This document shows, in pieces, positions 50,633 through 60,751 of a DNA stretch of 64,000 nt (the first letter of the stretch is position 1; each line of letters starts with the position of its first letter). Under the pieces are notes generated by a model that saw nothing but the letters and a program-made list of their open reading frames with translations, was not told the origin of the DNA and did no database searches. This stretch comes from an uncultured delta proteobacterium (GTDB lineage: Bacteria > Myxococcota_A > Polyangia > Polyangiales > Polyangiaceae): positions 736,001 through 800,000 of the forward strand of contig CAVOKF010000007.1 of NCBI GenBank assembly GCA_963696385.1, in the 5' to 3' direction. Position numbers and translations under genes: made by a program.

Positions 50633-52222
50633 TCACTCTCGGGTCTTGAAAACGTCGTCGCGATCGTCGGACGGCAGAGGCAGGGCCGGCTGCGGCCTCG
50701 CACGTACCGGCAACGCCGGTCCGGCGCGATGCGACGATGCCGAATCGGAATGTGGGTCCTTGCGCGGCGCGACCGCTGCGGACGTCGTGCTCGAAGGCAG
50801 CGGAAGCGCGGGCAGGGAATCGCGGGCGAGCACGGCCGAGGTCATTTCGGCTCCCTTCGTCTCTCGCAGCGCGGGCGGATCGCGCAGTGTCACGGGGGCG
50901 GGCGGGTGCACCCGCATCGAGCGAGCCAACGCAAAGGCGCCACACACGAGCACCAAGGCCACCGTCGCCGCTCCGCCCAACACACGCGCGCGCGCTTTGC
51001 GACGCGTGGTCCCGGCATCGATGAATCCGGCGTTCAGGGTTGCGCTCACCACGGCCGACGGCGGGTCGCTTGACGAACGGTCGTGAATGGACGTCGGGGC
51101 GAAGTCCGCGCCGGTCACGCGAGTCACGTCGCTCATAGGTCCGCCACCAAGCGTCAACGCCGTCCGCGTGCTCTCGCCCAGACCCGCGTCGGAGCCCGAC
51201 TGCGATTCGAGGGCCGCAACTTTTGCCATGCGATGGGTGAGCGATTCGATCGCGAGGGTGGCGACCCATTCGCCCACGGCGATCGATGGCTCCTCGCGGA
51301 TGCCACATTGGCCGAGCGCAACGCACATCTCGCGTGCGGTGGCGAACCGATCCACGGCCTTGGCGGCCAAGCCTCGCATGACCAGGGCGTCGAGCTCTTT
51401 GGGGACCTCGGCGACGAGCCGACTGGGTGGGTGGATGTCCCTTTTGAGCAAATTGGCGACCAGGTCGATTTCGCTCTCGCCCGTGACGAGGCGCGCGCCC
51501 GTCAGCATCTCCCACAGAATGACGGATGCCGCATAAATGTCGGTCTCCCGGGTGACTCCGCTGCTCATGAGCTGCTCGGGAGCCATGTACGCGAGCTTGC
51601 CTTTGATCTGCCCTTCCTGGGTGGTCTGAGCTCGACCCGCGGCCTTGGCGACGCCGAAATCGAGCAGCCGAGAGACGCCGTCGATCCCGACCAAAATATT
51701 CTGGGGGGTCACGTCCCGATGCACGATGTTGAGCGGAACGCCTCGCTCGTCTCGCGCCTCGTGTGCGGCGTGAAGACCCTGAAGCGCGTCGGCCATGATG
51801 CGCATGAGCACGGGCATCGGCACCCGTTGCCCACGCTCCTTGAGCCTTCGGGCCAAACGACTGAGCGTTTCGCCTTCCACGTACTCCATGACGAGAAACA
51901 GTTCGCCGCTGGCGGCCACCACGTCGAGCGTCGGGACCACGTTCGGGTGGCGAATGCGAGCGGCGAGACGCGCCTCGTCGAGGAACATCGTCACGAACTC
52001 GGGATTCTTGGCAAACTGCGGGTGCAAGCGCTTGATGGCGACCGTTCGGGAGAAGCCGCCCGAGCCGATGATCCGTCCAAGGTAAACGGTCGCCATCCCG
52101 CCCGACGCGATCTCGTCGAAGATCTCGTAACGTCCGACGACGCGAGGCACCGCGTCCGCAGACTCGCCCATGCTCGTTAGCGTACGGGCTGGATCGGCAT
52201 GCGGCAACGGATGGAAGGTCAT
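50633..52222 (-). CDS. Hanks-type Ser/Thr protein kinase with TM segment
   Basis: GGMATVY, AIK, HRDVTPQN, DFG, YMAPE; alternative start 52171. Confidence 0.95.
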   Translation of the reverse strand: MTFHPLPHADPARTLTSMGESADAVPRVVGRYEIFDEIASGGMATVYLGRIIGSGGFSRTVAIKRLHPQFAKNPEFVTMFLDEARLAARIRHPNVVPTLDVVAASGELFLVMEYVEGETLSRLARRLKERGQRVPMPVLMRIMADALQGLHAAHEARDERGVPLNIVHRDVTPQNILVGIDGVSRLLDFGVAKAAGRAQTTQEGQIKGKLAYMAPEQLMSSGVTRETDIYAASVILWEMLTGARLVTGESEIDLVANLLKRDIHPPSRLVAEVPKELDALVMRGLAAKAVDRFATAREMCVALGQCGIREEPSIAVGEWVATLAIESLTHRMAKVAALESQSGSDAGLGESTRTALTLGGGPMSDVTRVTGADFAPTSIHDRSSSDPPSAVVSATLNAGFIDAGTTRRKARARVLGGAATVALVLVCGAFALARSMRVHPPAPVTLRDPPALRETKGAEMTSAVLARDSLPALPLPSSTTSAAVAPRKDPHSDSASSHRAGPALPVRARPQPALPLPSDDRDDVFKTRE

Positions 52223-52254
52223 ACGGCGGGTCGGGACCCGTCCGATCCGGGCCC

Positions 52255-53178
52255 CTAAAGTCCTGCGAACCAGGCGTACGTCTCGGCTATTCCGCGGCGC
52301 AGCGGGATCTTCGCCCGCCAGCCGAGCGCATGGAGCCGCGACACGTCGAGCAGCTTGCGGGGCGTGCCGTCCGGCTTGGTCGTGTCGAAGCGCAGAGACC
52401 CCGAGAAGCCGACGACGTCTTTGACGAGCTCCGCGAGATCGCGGATGGTCACATCTTCGCCGACACCCGCGTTCAGGATGCGAGGGTCGTCGTACTCGCG
52501 CATGACGAACAGGCACGCGTCGGCCAAGTCCTCCACGTGCATGAATTCGCGCCGCGGGGTGCCCGTGCCCCAGATGACCACCTCGGAGACGCCCGCTTGT
52601 TTCGCTTCGTGGAAGCGACGGATCATGGCCGGGAGCACGTGCGAGGTGCGCGGGTCGAAGTTGTCGTGCGGGCCGTACAGGTTGGTCGGCATCAGACTCA
52701 CGCCGCAGAACCCGTGCTGGCGGCGATACGCGTCGATCATCTCCAGACCGGCGATCTTGGCGAGCGCGTAAGGCTGGTTGGTGGGCTCGAGTGCGCTACT
52801 CAGCAGATACTCTTCTTTGATCGGTTGAGCGGCGTGCTTCGGATAAATGCAGGACGAGCCCAGAAACAGGAACTTCTTCACGCCGTTGCGAAACGCGGCG
52901 TCGATGACATTCGTCTGAATGAGCAGGTTGTCGCGAATGAAGTCCGCCCGGAACGTGTCATTGGCCAAGATGCCGCCCACGCGACCGGCTGCGAGAAACA
53001 CGTACGCCGGGCGCTCTTCGGAGAAGAACCGCTCCACGGCGCTCTGACGACTCAAATCGAGCTCGTCGTGCGTTCGAAGGACGAGGTTTCGAAAGCCTTC
53101 GCTCTTCAGCTTGCGCGTCAATGCGGAACCCACCAGTCCGCGATGCCCGGCGACGAAGATGCGCTCGTTATGCTCCAT
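52255..53178 (-). CDS. fcl: GDP-L-fucose synthase
   Basis: AGHRGLVG, VGGILAN, GSSCIYPK, YALAK, PTNLYGP, WGTGTPRREF, KPDGTPRK. Confidence 0.96.
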   Translation of the reverse strand: MEHNERIFVAGHRGLVGSALTRKLKSEGFRNLVLRTHDELDLSRQSAVERFFSEERPAYVFLAAGRVGGILANDTFRADFIRDNLLIQTNVIDAAFRNGVKKFLFLGSSCIYPKHAAQPIKEEYLLSSALEPTNQPYALAKIAGLEMIDAYRRQHGFCGVSLMPTNLYGPHDNFDPRTSHVLPAMIRRFHEAKQAGVSEVVIWGTGTPRREFMHVEDLADACLFVMREYDDPRILNAGVGEDVTIRDLAELVKDVVGFSGSLRFDTTKPDGTPRKLLDVSRLHALGWRAKIPLRRGIAETYAWFAGL

Positions 53179-53406
53179 GCCCGGCCATTCCCATCCAGAA
53201 GAAAAAGACCCCGCACGCCCACTGGGTGTTGGTGCCGTAGCGGTGGCCGGTTGATCCCCCTCGGAATCAGTGTACAGCAGACGCCCACGCACGCAAAAGC
53301 GGCGACTTCCAAGCTCGAGCGCCGGGGCGCGCCAGGGGGTTTTCCGTTTGCGCTGCGCAGCGACGCGCCCGTGCGGGTGGATCCGCGGGACGTACGAAAA
53401 CGGACC

Positions 53407-55164
53407 CTAGCGCTTGACCCGGGCGATCCGTATCGATTCGGACTCCGTATTCTGAAACTCGTACAGAGTCTCCTTTTCGACATCCGGCCACGCCGCGAAG
53501 CCGGGCAGCGGCTTACCGGTCGCCAAGTCGACCTCCTGGACCAGGTAAATGTCGCTGTACAGGTGCCGTGACAATTCGTAGAGCAGGCCGCGGTCGGCGG
53601 TCGAAATGTCCTCCGCGCCGTAGTCCATGACCGTGAAGAGCCCCGGACGGTCGCTCAAGATGAGGATTCGCTTGGTCCCTAGTTTCTCGAAGAAACGCCA
53701 CGTCTCCGCCGCTTGACGCGTGAGAATCAGGGTGTTGATGAACCGGGCTTCGCTCGCCACGGGAACATACATCGCGAACAGAACGCCGCAGGCGAGCCAC
53801 GTGACCGGAGCTCCGGACCGGCGCCCCAGCATCGAAAGCGGCACGGACAGGTGCTTGCCGACGACCGTCAGCAACCATGCCGCCGCGAACGCCACGAACG
53901 TGTCCAGCCAGACGAACAGGCGTGCCGAAGCGGCGTGCTCGGGCTTGCCCCAAGAATACGAAAAGCAGATGAGGCTTTCCAGCCCGAGAATCACCACGAT
54001 GAGGACACCCACCTGCACGAAACGCGGCGCGAGCCGTTTCGCCCGCACGTTGCGGATGAAACCGAACAGCAAGAGAGCACAACCAGCGGCCCCCAAAATC
54101 ATGAGCAGGGGCGCGTGCGGCCCATCGAAGTCCAGCGGATGAACGAACTGCCGGAAATAGTCGCGGGCATTTTCGCGGAAGCTCGCGAAGCTGAAGAGCG
54201 AAGCGCTGAGCGGCTGTTCGGAATCGTTTGCCTTCGCGACCGATTGCCAGTAGCGCGGCAAAAGAAAGAGCGGCGCCAAGGAGTAGACGAAGCCGAAGCC
54301 GCGGGTGTCGGCCCGCCGGACGATGCGAAAGGCCAGCAGTACCCCGGCGACCGCCGCGAGCAGCGCCCAGCTCTCGTATCGGATGTACGCCAGAAAACAC
54401 AGATCGAGCGTCAGAATGGCGAGACGACGGGGCGATCGCTCGGTCGTGTAGTCGAGAAAACTGTGAATGACCGCGAGCAGCAGGAACGTGGACAGAAAAT
54501 CGAAGCCCGCCGACCGGGCCGAAAAGAGGGTGTTCGGGTTCACCGCAACCGCCATCGCGGCCGCGACGCCGAACACCTCACCCCCCAGACGCTTGGCCAG
54601 TCGGTACGACGAAAATACGAAGAGAACGAAAACGATCGCGTTCAGATGGAAGGCATTTTGCGGGTGGTAGCCTCGGACGATGTGCACCAAACAGACGAAG
54701 AACGGGAACAGCGGCGGCCGCCGATCGGTCACCACGCCGAGATTCCAGTAATTGTCGAAGTACCATTTCCCAGTTACGGCAAAATCGGCTGTCTTGTTGA
54801 AATGCAAATTCTTGGAGACGCCGAGCAAATTGGTCTCGTCCGCCAGCACGCGGAATGCCGGCGACACCGAGAACAACACGATGGCGGACACCACCGTGGT
54901 GACGACGATCCCGGCGAGATTGTCTCTCGCCCAGGCTCGGAGCGACGGCCCGCTTCCGAGACCCGAGAGCTGGACCCCCACGTAAATCGCCAGCATGGCG
55001 AACAGCACGTAGTACGCGCTCGAAAGAAAGAACGGTTCGTTCCACGATCGATGCCGCAGCGTCGCACCCACCAGCCCAGCCGCCAAAAGCGGCGGCACGA
55101 AGAGCAGTGCCGTGCCGAGACGCCAATTTCGAATGGGTAGGCGAGCGTTCAAGGGATCGTCCAC
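53407..55164 (-). CDS. GT-C-type (GT39/ArnT-like) membrane glycosyltransferase
   Basis: First loop FRVLADE, RPPLFP; about 11 TM helices; RYE motif. Confidence 0.65.
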   Translation of the reverse strand: MDDPLNARLPIRNWRLGTALLFVPPLLAAGLVGATLRHRSWNEPFFLSSAYYVLFAMLAIYVGVQLSGLGSGPSLRAWARDNLAGIVVTTVVSAIVLFSVSPAFRVLADETNLLGVSKNLHFNKTADFAVTGKWYFDNYWNLGVVTDRRPPLFPFFVCLVHIVRGYHPQNAFHLNAIVFVLFVFSSYRLAKRLGGEVFGVAAAMAVAVNPNTLFSARSAGFDFLSTFLLLAVIHSFLDYTTERSPRRLAILTLDLCFLAYIRYESWALLAAVAGVLLAFRIVRRADTRGFGFVYSLAPLFLLPRYWQSVAKANDSEQPLSASLFSFASFRENARDYFRQFVHPLDFDGPHAPLLMILGAAGCALLLFGFIRNVRAKRLAPRFVQVGVLIVVILGLESLICFSYSWGKPEHAASARLFVWLDTFVAFAAAWLLTVVGKHLSVPLSMLGRRSGAPVTWLACGVLFAMYVPVASEARFINTLILTRQAAETWRFFEKLGTKRILILSDRPGLFTVMDYGAEDISTADRGLLYELSRHLYSDIYLVQEVDLATGKPLPGFAAWPDVEKETLYEFQNTESESIRIARVKR

Positions 55165-55230
55165 ATCGCGGATGGTACACGCTCGGGCGCCCCCCAACGG
55201 ACCGGCGCCGGCATCGTGTCCGAAAAGCCG

Positions 55231-56724
55231 TCAGGTTGCCAAACGGAATTTTTTGAACGCAAATGCCGTCATCTCGAGGAGAAGCCAGCCGTGCGTGAAG
55301 CGGCTGATTTTCGTATCCCCATACGTTCGCGCGCGGTAGCGAACGGGAACGTCCACGATTTTTAGATTCAATCGCGCGGCTCCGAAGAGCAGATCGAAGT
55401 CTCCGAACGGGTCGAAGTCTCCGAAGAAGACTCGGTTGGCGGCGATTCGTTCGTAATCGCGCCGGTAGAGCACCTTGGTCCCGCAGAGAGAGTCCTTAAT
55501 GGGCTGCTCGAGAACCCACGAAAGCGCCACCGAAAAAAACTTGTTGCCCAGAAGATTCAGAAAGCGCATCGCTTGCCCCTCCATGGGGTAGACGAGGCGC
55601 ACGCCGTTGATGAACTCCCCCTTCGACGTCACGAGCGCGTCGTAGAACTTCGGGAGATCCTCGGGCGGCACGGTCAAATCGGAATCGAGGATCATCAGCA
55701 CCTCGTGCCGCGCGGCCGCAAACCCTTTGCGGACCGCATCGCCCTTGCCCTTGCCCTCGCCCTGTCGCACCAGGCGCAATTGGAGGGGGCCCGAGTAGGT
55801 CGCCATGGCGGCCTCGATCTCCTCGACCGTGCCGTCGGTCGAGTTGCCGTCCACGAAAATGAGCTCGGTGCGCGGCCCCATCAACGGCGTACGCTCAATC
55901 GCCTCACGGATATTGCCCCGTTCGTTGCGGCACGGGCACACGACCGAAACGCCCGGCGAAGCAGAGGGGACCGGAGTGGCCACCGGCCTCGCCACGAAAT
56001 ATTGAACGAGCGAGGCGGCGCGCGTTCCCGGCAATTTGGCGGCGACCCGGTTTGCGATCTCCGAGACCAGTGGAATTCGGACCGGTGCGAGCACTTCGGT
56101 GCCCGTGCGAACCACTTGATAGTTCGACAGGTACAGCAAGTTCTCGATGTCGTCCATGGAGAGCCAGTTCTGATCCGGCCAGGGCTGTTTGAGCTTGAGG
56201 TGCTCGGCGGCCTTCAACACGGGCTCCCAGACGAAGTTGTAATAGGTGACGATGACCCGGCCGCCCGGCGCAAGCAGCCGGTGGACACGCTCGAACGTCC
56301 GCTGCACGTCGTCCACGTGCCCCACGACGTCGGCGAAGACGACGACGTCGAAGGGACCTTCGGGCAGCGCATCTCGCTCGATGTCGACGACGCGCACGTC
56401 CGCTCCAGGATGGCGAGCCTTGGCGCGTTCGATGGTTCGGGGCGACACATCGATGCCGACCGATCGGCATTTCATCGCGTCGAGGCGAGCGACCAAGTCG
56501 CCCAAGCCGCAGCCCACGTCGAGCACTCGCGTTCCCGGCAGCACCACCGACTCGATGATTCTGTGGACCGTGTCGTGGTAGTAGCGGCTTTTCTCGAGCC
56601 ATTCGGCCCGACGCCAGGCGAGAGCGTCGTACTGCTCGATCCGGCGCAGCTGCCGCTCGTTCTCGCGCCGTTCGAAGTCGCTCGGCCGCTTGGGAATCGG
56701 CCGCAACCGCTCGGCTGACTGCAT
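55231..56724 (-). CDS. Fused class I SAM methyltransferase + GT2 glycosyltransferase
   Basis: VLDVGCGLG..GIDVS; VSVVCPCRNE, VDGNSTDGT, GKGDAV, LDSD, DSLCGTK; alternative GTG start 56778. Confidence 0.9.
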   Translation of the reverse strand: MQSAERLRPIPKRPSDFERRENERQLRRIEQYDALAWRRAEWLEKSRYYHDTVHRIIESVVLPGTRVLDVGCGLGDLVARLDAMKCRSVGIDVSPRTIERAKARHPGADVRVVDIERDALPEGPFDVVVFADVVGHVDDVQRTFERVHRLLAPGGRVIVTYYNFVWEPVLKAAEHLKLKQPWPDQNWLSMDDIENLLYLSNYQVVRTGTEVLAPVRIPLVSEIANRVAAKLPGTRAASLVQYFVARPVATPVPSASPGVSVVCPCRNERGNIREAIERTPLMGPRTELIFVDGNSTDGTVEEIEAAMATYSGPLQLRLVRQGEGKGKGDAVRKGFAAARHEVLMILDSDLTVPPEDLPKFYDALVTSKGEFINGVRLVYPMEGQAMRFLNLLGNKFFSVALSWVLEQPIKDSLCGTKVLYRRDYERIAANRVFFGDFDPFGDFDLLFGAARLNLKIVDVPVRYRARTYGDTKISRFTHGWLLLEMTAFAFKKFRLAT

Positions 56725-56911
56725 GCCCGTGGGCGCTGCATGCCTCGCCGCGGGATCGGTGGCGTCGACAGGGTTCACTGCAAATTTAGTGTACCCCGAA
56801 GCGGGCGACGCAAGGCAATGAGCTCGTGCGCGAAACAAGCCACACCGAGGCCCGGAGGGCGCATCGGTTTGGGCGGCGGCTCCGAAATGGGTACGCTCGG
56901 CGGTCCCCTCG

Positions 56912-58225
56912 ATGGCCGGCGCCGTCACCCTTGTCCTACTCGTTGCGGCGGGCGACGCCACCAACGCCACGACGCGTTCGATGGCACGAGCCACGCGCGA
57001 GGCCCTGGGCCCGAATCTGCACCTGGTCGTCCGCCCCACCAACGGCGAGCCAACGGACGGCGAAGCCCTGCGCGTCGAGCGGAGCGAGGGGGCGGATGTC
57101 GTCGTCGAGCTCGCTTGGGCCGACCCCAAGCAACGCCAGGCGACGCTGCGCGTTCACCTCGCGCGGAGCGGGCACTGGCTGCAGCGATCCATCGGTTTCC
57201 AACCATCGGACGCCGAGGCCGAGCGCGGGCGCACGCTCGGATTCGCCGTGGCGTCGTTTCTTCCGGAGCCCGCCGGATCCGCCGCGCCGGAGGCCGAGCC
57301 GGCACCGACCGACCGCGCCGGGTCGAGCGGCGGGGCTTCTCCACCCACAACGACACCCGCGACGACCCCGGCGGCGCCCAGCTCCAAACCTCCCTCGACC
57401 GGCGCACCGACCACGGCCGCCCGGGAGACCCCCCGGCCGGAGGTGACCCCGTCGTCGACGCCCCCGCCGTCCGCCGCTGCCCCTATGCCGCCGGCCGTGG
57501 CTCCCCCGTCGACGCCCGCGGGAGTTCCCGCCTTGCCGCCGGCTTTGCCCCCGTCCTTGCCGCCGATGCCCCCCGCCGCTCCGACCCCGCTGGCCCTGGG
57601 CGAGCCATCCTCCGGCGCGACGCCGCCCCGCACCCTAGCCGCTCCGTCCGGGAAGTCCCCCGCTGGGGCGAGCCCGCCGGACCGAACGCAACCGTCGTTC
57701 CTGCTGGATCTGGTGGCGATCGGGATCATGCCGCCCTCGAGCTTCGGAGCCGAGATCTCCGGACAGTGGTTCGCGATCCGATCGGCCGGCTGGATCGCGC
57801 TTCGCGTCGGCGCCGGGGTGAGCTTCGGCAACATCGAGGTCGCGCCTCCCCCGACGAGCACCGCGCCGGCGACTTTTCCGTCGACGACGGCCATCGCGTC
57901 GGCAGGGCTCGTCGCCCACGTGTTGCGCGCATCGGCCCGGCGCCGGTTCGGGGCCACGCTTCGAGCCGACTGGTGGCTCGTCTACGAGCGGGTGTCGGAC
58001 GCCACGGGCACCCTGCTCAAGACCACCCCGTTCAACGACGGACCGGACCTCGTCGCCGACATCAGCTGGTTGGTGTCGCAGGACGTGGAGGCGACGGCGG
58101 GCGGTGGCGCCCAGTATGCGCTCGAGCCAGCCGAGGTAAGCGATGACCACCAAAACGTGGCGACGTTCCGCGGACCGAGCCAGTGGCGGGCGGTTTTCGA
58201 GGCCGGCTTGCGGATACGCTTTTGA
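56912..58225 (+). CDS. Exported protein: N-terminal domain, Pro/Thr-rich linker, beta-strand-rich C-terminus ending in Phe (outer-membrane-like)
   Basis: Hydrophobic N-terminus; PT/PA linker of about 150 aa; terminal VFEAGLRIRF. Confidence 0.65.
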   Translation: MAGAVTLVLLVAAGDATNATTRSMARATREALGPNLHLVVRPTNGEPTDGEALRVERSEGADVVVELAWADPKQRQATLRVHLARSGHWLQRSIGFQPSDAEAERGRTLGFAVASFLPEPAGSAAPEAEPAPTDRAGSSGGASPPTTTPATTPAAPSSKPPSTGAPTTAARETPRPEVTPSSTPPPSAAAPMPPAVAPPSTPAGVPALPPALPPSLPPMPPAAPTPLALGEPSSGATPPRTLAAPSGKSPAGASPPDRTQPSFLLDLVAIGIMPPSSFGAEISGQWFAIRSAGWIALRVGAGVSFGNIEVAPPPTSTAPATFPSTTAIASAGLVAHVLRASARRRFGATLRADWWLVYERVSDATGTLLKTTPFNDGPDLVADISWLVSQDVEATAGGGAQYALEPAEVSDDHQNVATFRGPSQWRAVFEAGLRIRF

Positions 58226-58271
58226 AACGCCTGATCGCTTGGAAGTCGGGGTACTCTAGCAGCAGATCGTC

Positions 58272-58931
58272 ATGAGTAACGCTCGCAGTCAGCCCAAGTT
58301 ATGGCTGGTCCCGACGCCGCCGGCTGCCCCGGCGCCGCCGGCGCTCGACGACAGCGAGCTTCTCGCCGCGTTGCGTGCGGGAGACGCGGGGGCCGCGACC
58401 GCGCTGCACGACCGCGTCCGCCCGCAGATCGATCGTACGATTCGGAGGCTTCTCGGCGGGCGCGACTTCGATCACGACGACGTCGCACAGCAAGCCTTGA
58501 TCGAGCTCGTCAGCACCATCGAGCGCTACCGTGGCGACTGCTCGCTCGATTCGTGGACGGGCACGATCACCGCGCACGTGGTTTACAAGCACATTCGTCG
58601 CCGCAAGACCGAGCGACGCATCTTCGGCGCACTCGACGCCGAGCTCTTGGCTCAGACGCGGTCGTCGTCCCGTTTGGGTCGCGAAGCGATCGCGCGCAAC
58701 TTGATGGGCCGCATCCGAGACCACCTGAACGCGATGGACGAAAACAAGGCGTGGACGTTCGTGCTCCACGACGTGTGCGGCCACGATTTGCGCGAAATCG
58801 CGCAGATTACCGGGGTCAGCGTCGCCGCCGCCCAAACGCGCCTCGTCCGCGGACGACGAGAGGTTCACGAGCGCATCGCTGGAGACGCGGAACTCGCGAA
58901 CCTCCTCGAGTCGATGGAGGGGGACCCATGA
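58272..58931 (+). CDS. ECF RNA polymerase sigma factor
   Basis: Region 2 (DDVAQQALI..YRGDCSLDSW..I); region 4 (FVLHDVCG..EIAQITGVS..TRLVRGR). Confidence 0.92.
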   Translation: MSNARSQPKLWLVPTPPAAPAPPALDDSELLAALRAGDAGAATALHDRVRPQIDRTIRRLLGGRDFDHDDVAQQALIELVSTIERYRGDCSLDSWTGTITAHVVYKHIRRRKTERRIFGALDAELLAQTRSSSRLGREAIARNLMGRIRDHLNAMDENKAWTFVLHDVCGHDLREIAQITGVSVAAAQTRLVRGRREVHERIAGDAELANLLESMEGDP

Positions 58932-60022
58932 CCGCGCCTCGATACGCGACGTTGGCCAGCAAACTGCTCGTTCGCCACGATGCAGCGGCCGGTCCGGGAC
59001 CTTCGCCGGATGCGCGAACCGAAGCCATTGCGCGCGTCGCATCGGTGCTATCGGCCAAGGGCCGCAGGCGCCGGACGGCGCGCTGGGCCGCGGTGTGCGC
59101 AGCGGCCTTGGCTGCCACCGTCGCGGTTGCGGACGGGGCGCAGCACCTGCGCGGGCGGGGATTGTTCGTTGCGACGTCCCAGGCGCCTGCAAGCGCACGA
59201 AGCGTTCAAATCGTCGCTCATCCGCTGGGTGGCGGCGCAAGTGTGGTCGTTTCGGGATCTCCCGCGCCGCTCGCCGACGGACGGCAGTTGGCCGACGGCA
59301 GTCGTCTCGTGACCCCCGCGGGGGGTCGCGCCACACTGGCATTCTCGACCGGAACGAGGGTCATGCTCGGCGAAGCGACCGATGTGACGGTCAACGGCGA
59401 CGCGGCCATGCAGGTCCTTCGGCTCGGTGCCGGATGGGTCGGCCTGCACGTCGCGAAGGTCGGGCCCGGCCAGCGCTTCCTCGTAGATACCGGCGATGCG
59501 GAAGTCGAAGTGCGCGGGACGCAGTTTCAGGTCTCGCTCGTTCGGCCCGACCCGCAGTGCGGCCGCGGAACCCCGACGCGCGTGTCGGTCAGCGAGGGCG
59601 TGGTGACCGTGCGCCAGGGTGGGGCGGAAGTCCGCGTTGCGGCCGGAGAGCAGTGGCCGGCGGGGTGCGACCGAACCACTGGCCCGGTCGGGATCCAGGC
59701 CCGCGGAGCCGGCGCAGCGGCGCCGGTGAGAGCCGCCGGGCAAGGGTCGGGGTCGAGCCTGGCCGATCAGAACGACATCTTTGCGCAGGCCCTCGAAGCC
59801 AAGCGACAAGGCGACGCCCATGCGGCTCTTGCCGCGTTCGATCGATTCCTCGCCAAGTACCCGTCCGGCCCGCTGGCGGAAAACGCTTGGGTCGAGCGGT
59901 TGCGGTTGGTGCGCTTGCTGGCGCCCTCGCGCGCGCCCGTGGCCGCCGAGCAATACATCGCGACGTACCCCCATGGCTTCGCGCGCGCCGAGGCGGAGGC
60001 CATCGTCGCGGGGACTCTGTGA
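58928..60022 (+). CDS. FecR-like anti-sigma factor with C-terminal TPR-like helices
   Basis: ATGA overlap; single TM; FLVDTGDAEVEVRGTQF..VSVSEGVV; ALAAFDRFLAKYPSG..YPHG. Confidence 0.88.
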   Translation: MTAPRYATLASKLLVRHDAAAGPGPSPDARTEAIARVASVLSAKGRRRRTARWAAVCAAALAATVAVADGAQHLRGRGLFVATSQAPASARSVQIVAHPLGGGASVVVSGSPAPLADGRQLADGSRLVTPAGGRATLAFSTGTRVMLGEATDVTVNGDAAMQVLRLGAGWVGLHVAKVGPGQRFLVDTGDAEVEVRGTQFQVSLVRPDPQCGRGTPTRVSVSEGVVTVRQGGAEVRVAAGEQWPAGCDRTTGPVGIQARGAGAAAPVRAAGQGSGSSLADQNDIFAQALEAKRQGDAHAALAAFDRFLAKYPSGPLAENAWVERLRLVRLLAPSRAPVAAEQYIATYPHGFARAEAEAIVAGTL

Positions 60023-60741
60023 AGCACGCCGGAATCGCGGCGTGCGCAGCCCTGGCACTCGCGGCATGCGTGCCGCAAACGTTCTCCTTCGAAGACGTCA
60101 CGATGTACGGTTTAGGGCTATCCGACGCCGCGGCAGCCGACGTGGAGCCGGCAAGCGATGCGACGACCGCGTCCGATACGCCAGCATCCACCACGCCGGC
60201 ATCCACCACGCCGGCATCCAACACCCAGACGTCCGACGCGCAGCCGGCAAGCGACGCGGCGACCGCGTCCGACGCGAACGCCGAGACCGACGGGCGTCGG
60301 CCGCCACCCCGCAAAGACATGGATGCATCGGCCGGGGCCAACCCCGACGCGAATCCGCTCCCGGACTGCGCGAACGATCCCGCGTGTTCGCGGTGCAGCG
60401 TCAACGCGGACTGCTCGAAGGGCAGTCTGCCGGTTTGCGACATGACGTCTTTTCGATGCGTAGGGTGCCTCATGGATTCCGACTGCCCGGCGGACGGACG
60501 CTGGTTCTGCCTCGCCCAGCGCTGCGTGGCCGGATGTTCGGGAGACGCGATGAGCTGTGGCGAGTGGCAGTGCATCGTGGATGCCGGTTCACCCGGCTTC
60601 TGCTCGGACTGCGTGACCGATGCCGATTGCGACGGCCATCAGATGTGCAACGGGGGGCTGTGCGTCGAATGCGTGACCGACAATCAGTGCCACGGCAATT
60701 ATTGTTCGAAAAACGGGTATTGCGTGCAGCAGAGTCCGTAG
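60019..60741 (+). CDS. Cys-rich lipoprotein with Ser/Thr/Asp-rich linker
   Basis: GTGA overlap; MKHAGIAACAALALAA-C; PASTT 15-bp tandem at ~60181-60219; C(V)xC-x-x-D-x-x-C modules. Confidence 0.85.
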   Translation: MKHAGIAACAALALAACVPQTFSFEDVTMYGLGLSDAAAADVEPASDATTASDTPASTTPASTTPASNTQTSDAQPASDAATASDANAETDGRRPPPRKDMDASAGANPDANPLPDCANDPACSRCSVNADCSKGSLPVCDMTSFRCVGCLMDSDCPADGRWFCLAQRCVAGCSGDAMSCGEWQCIVDAGSPGFCSDCVTDADCDGHQMCNGGLCVECVTDNQCHGNYCSKNGYCVQQSP

Positions 60742-60751
60742 AATCGATGAC

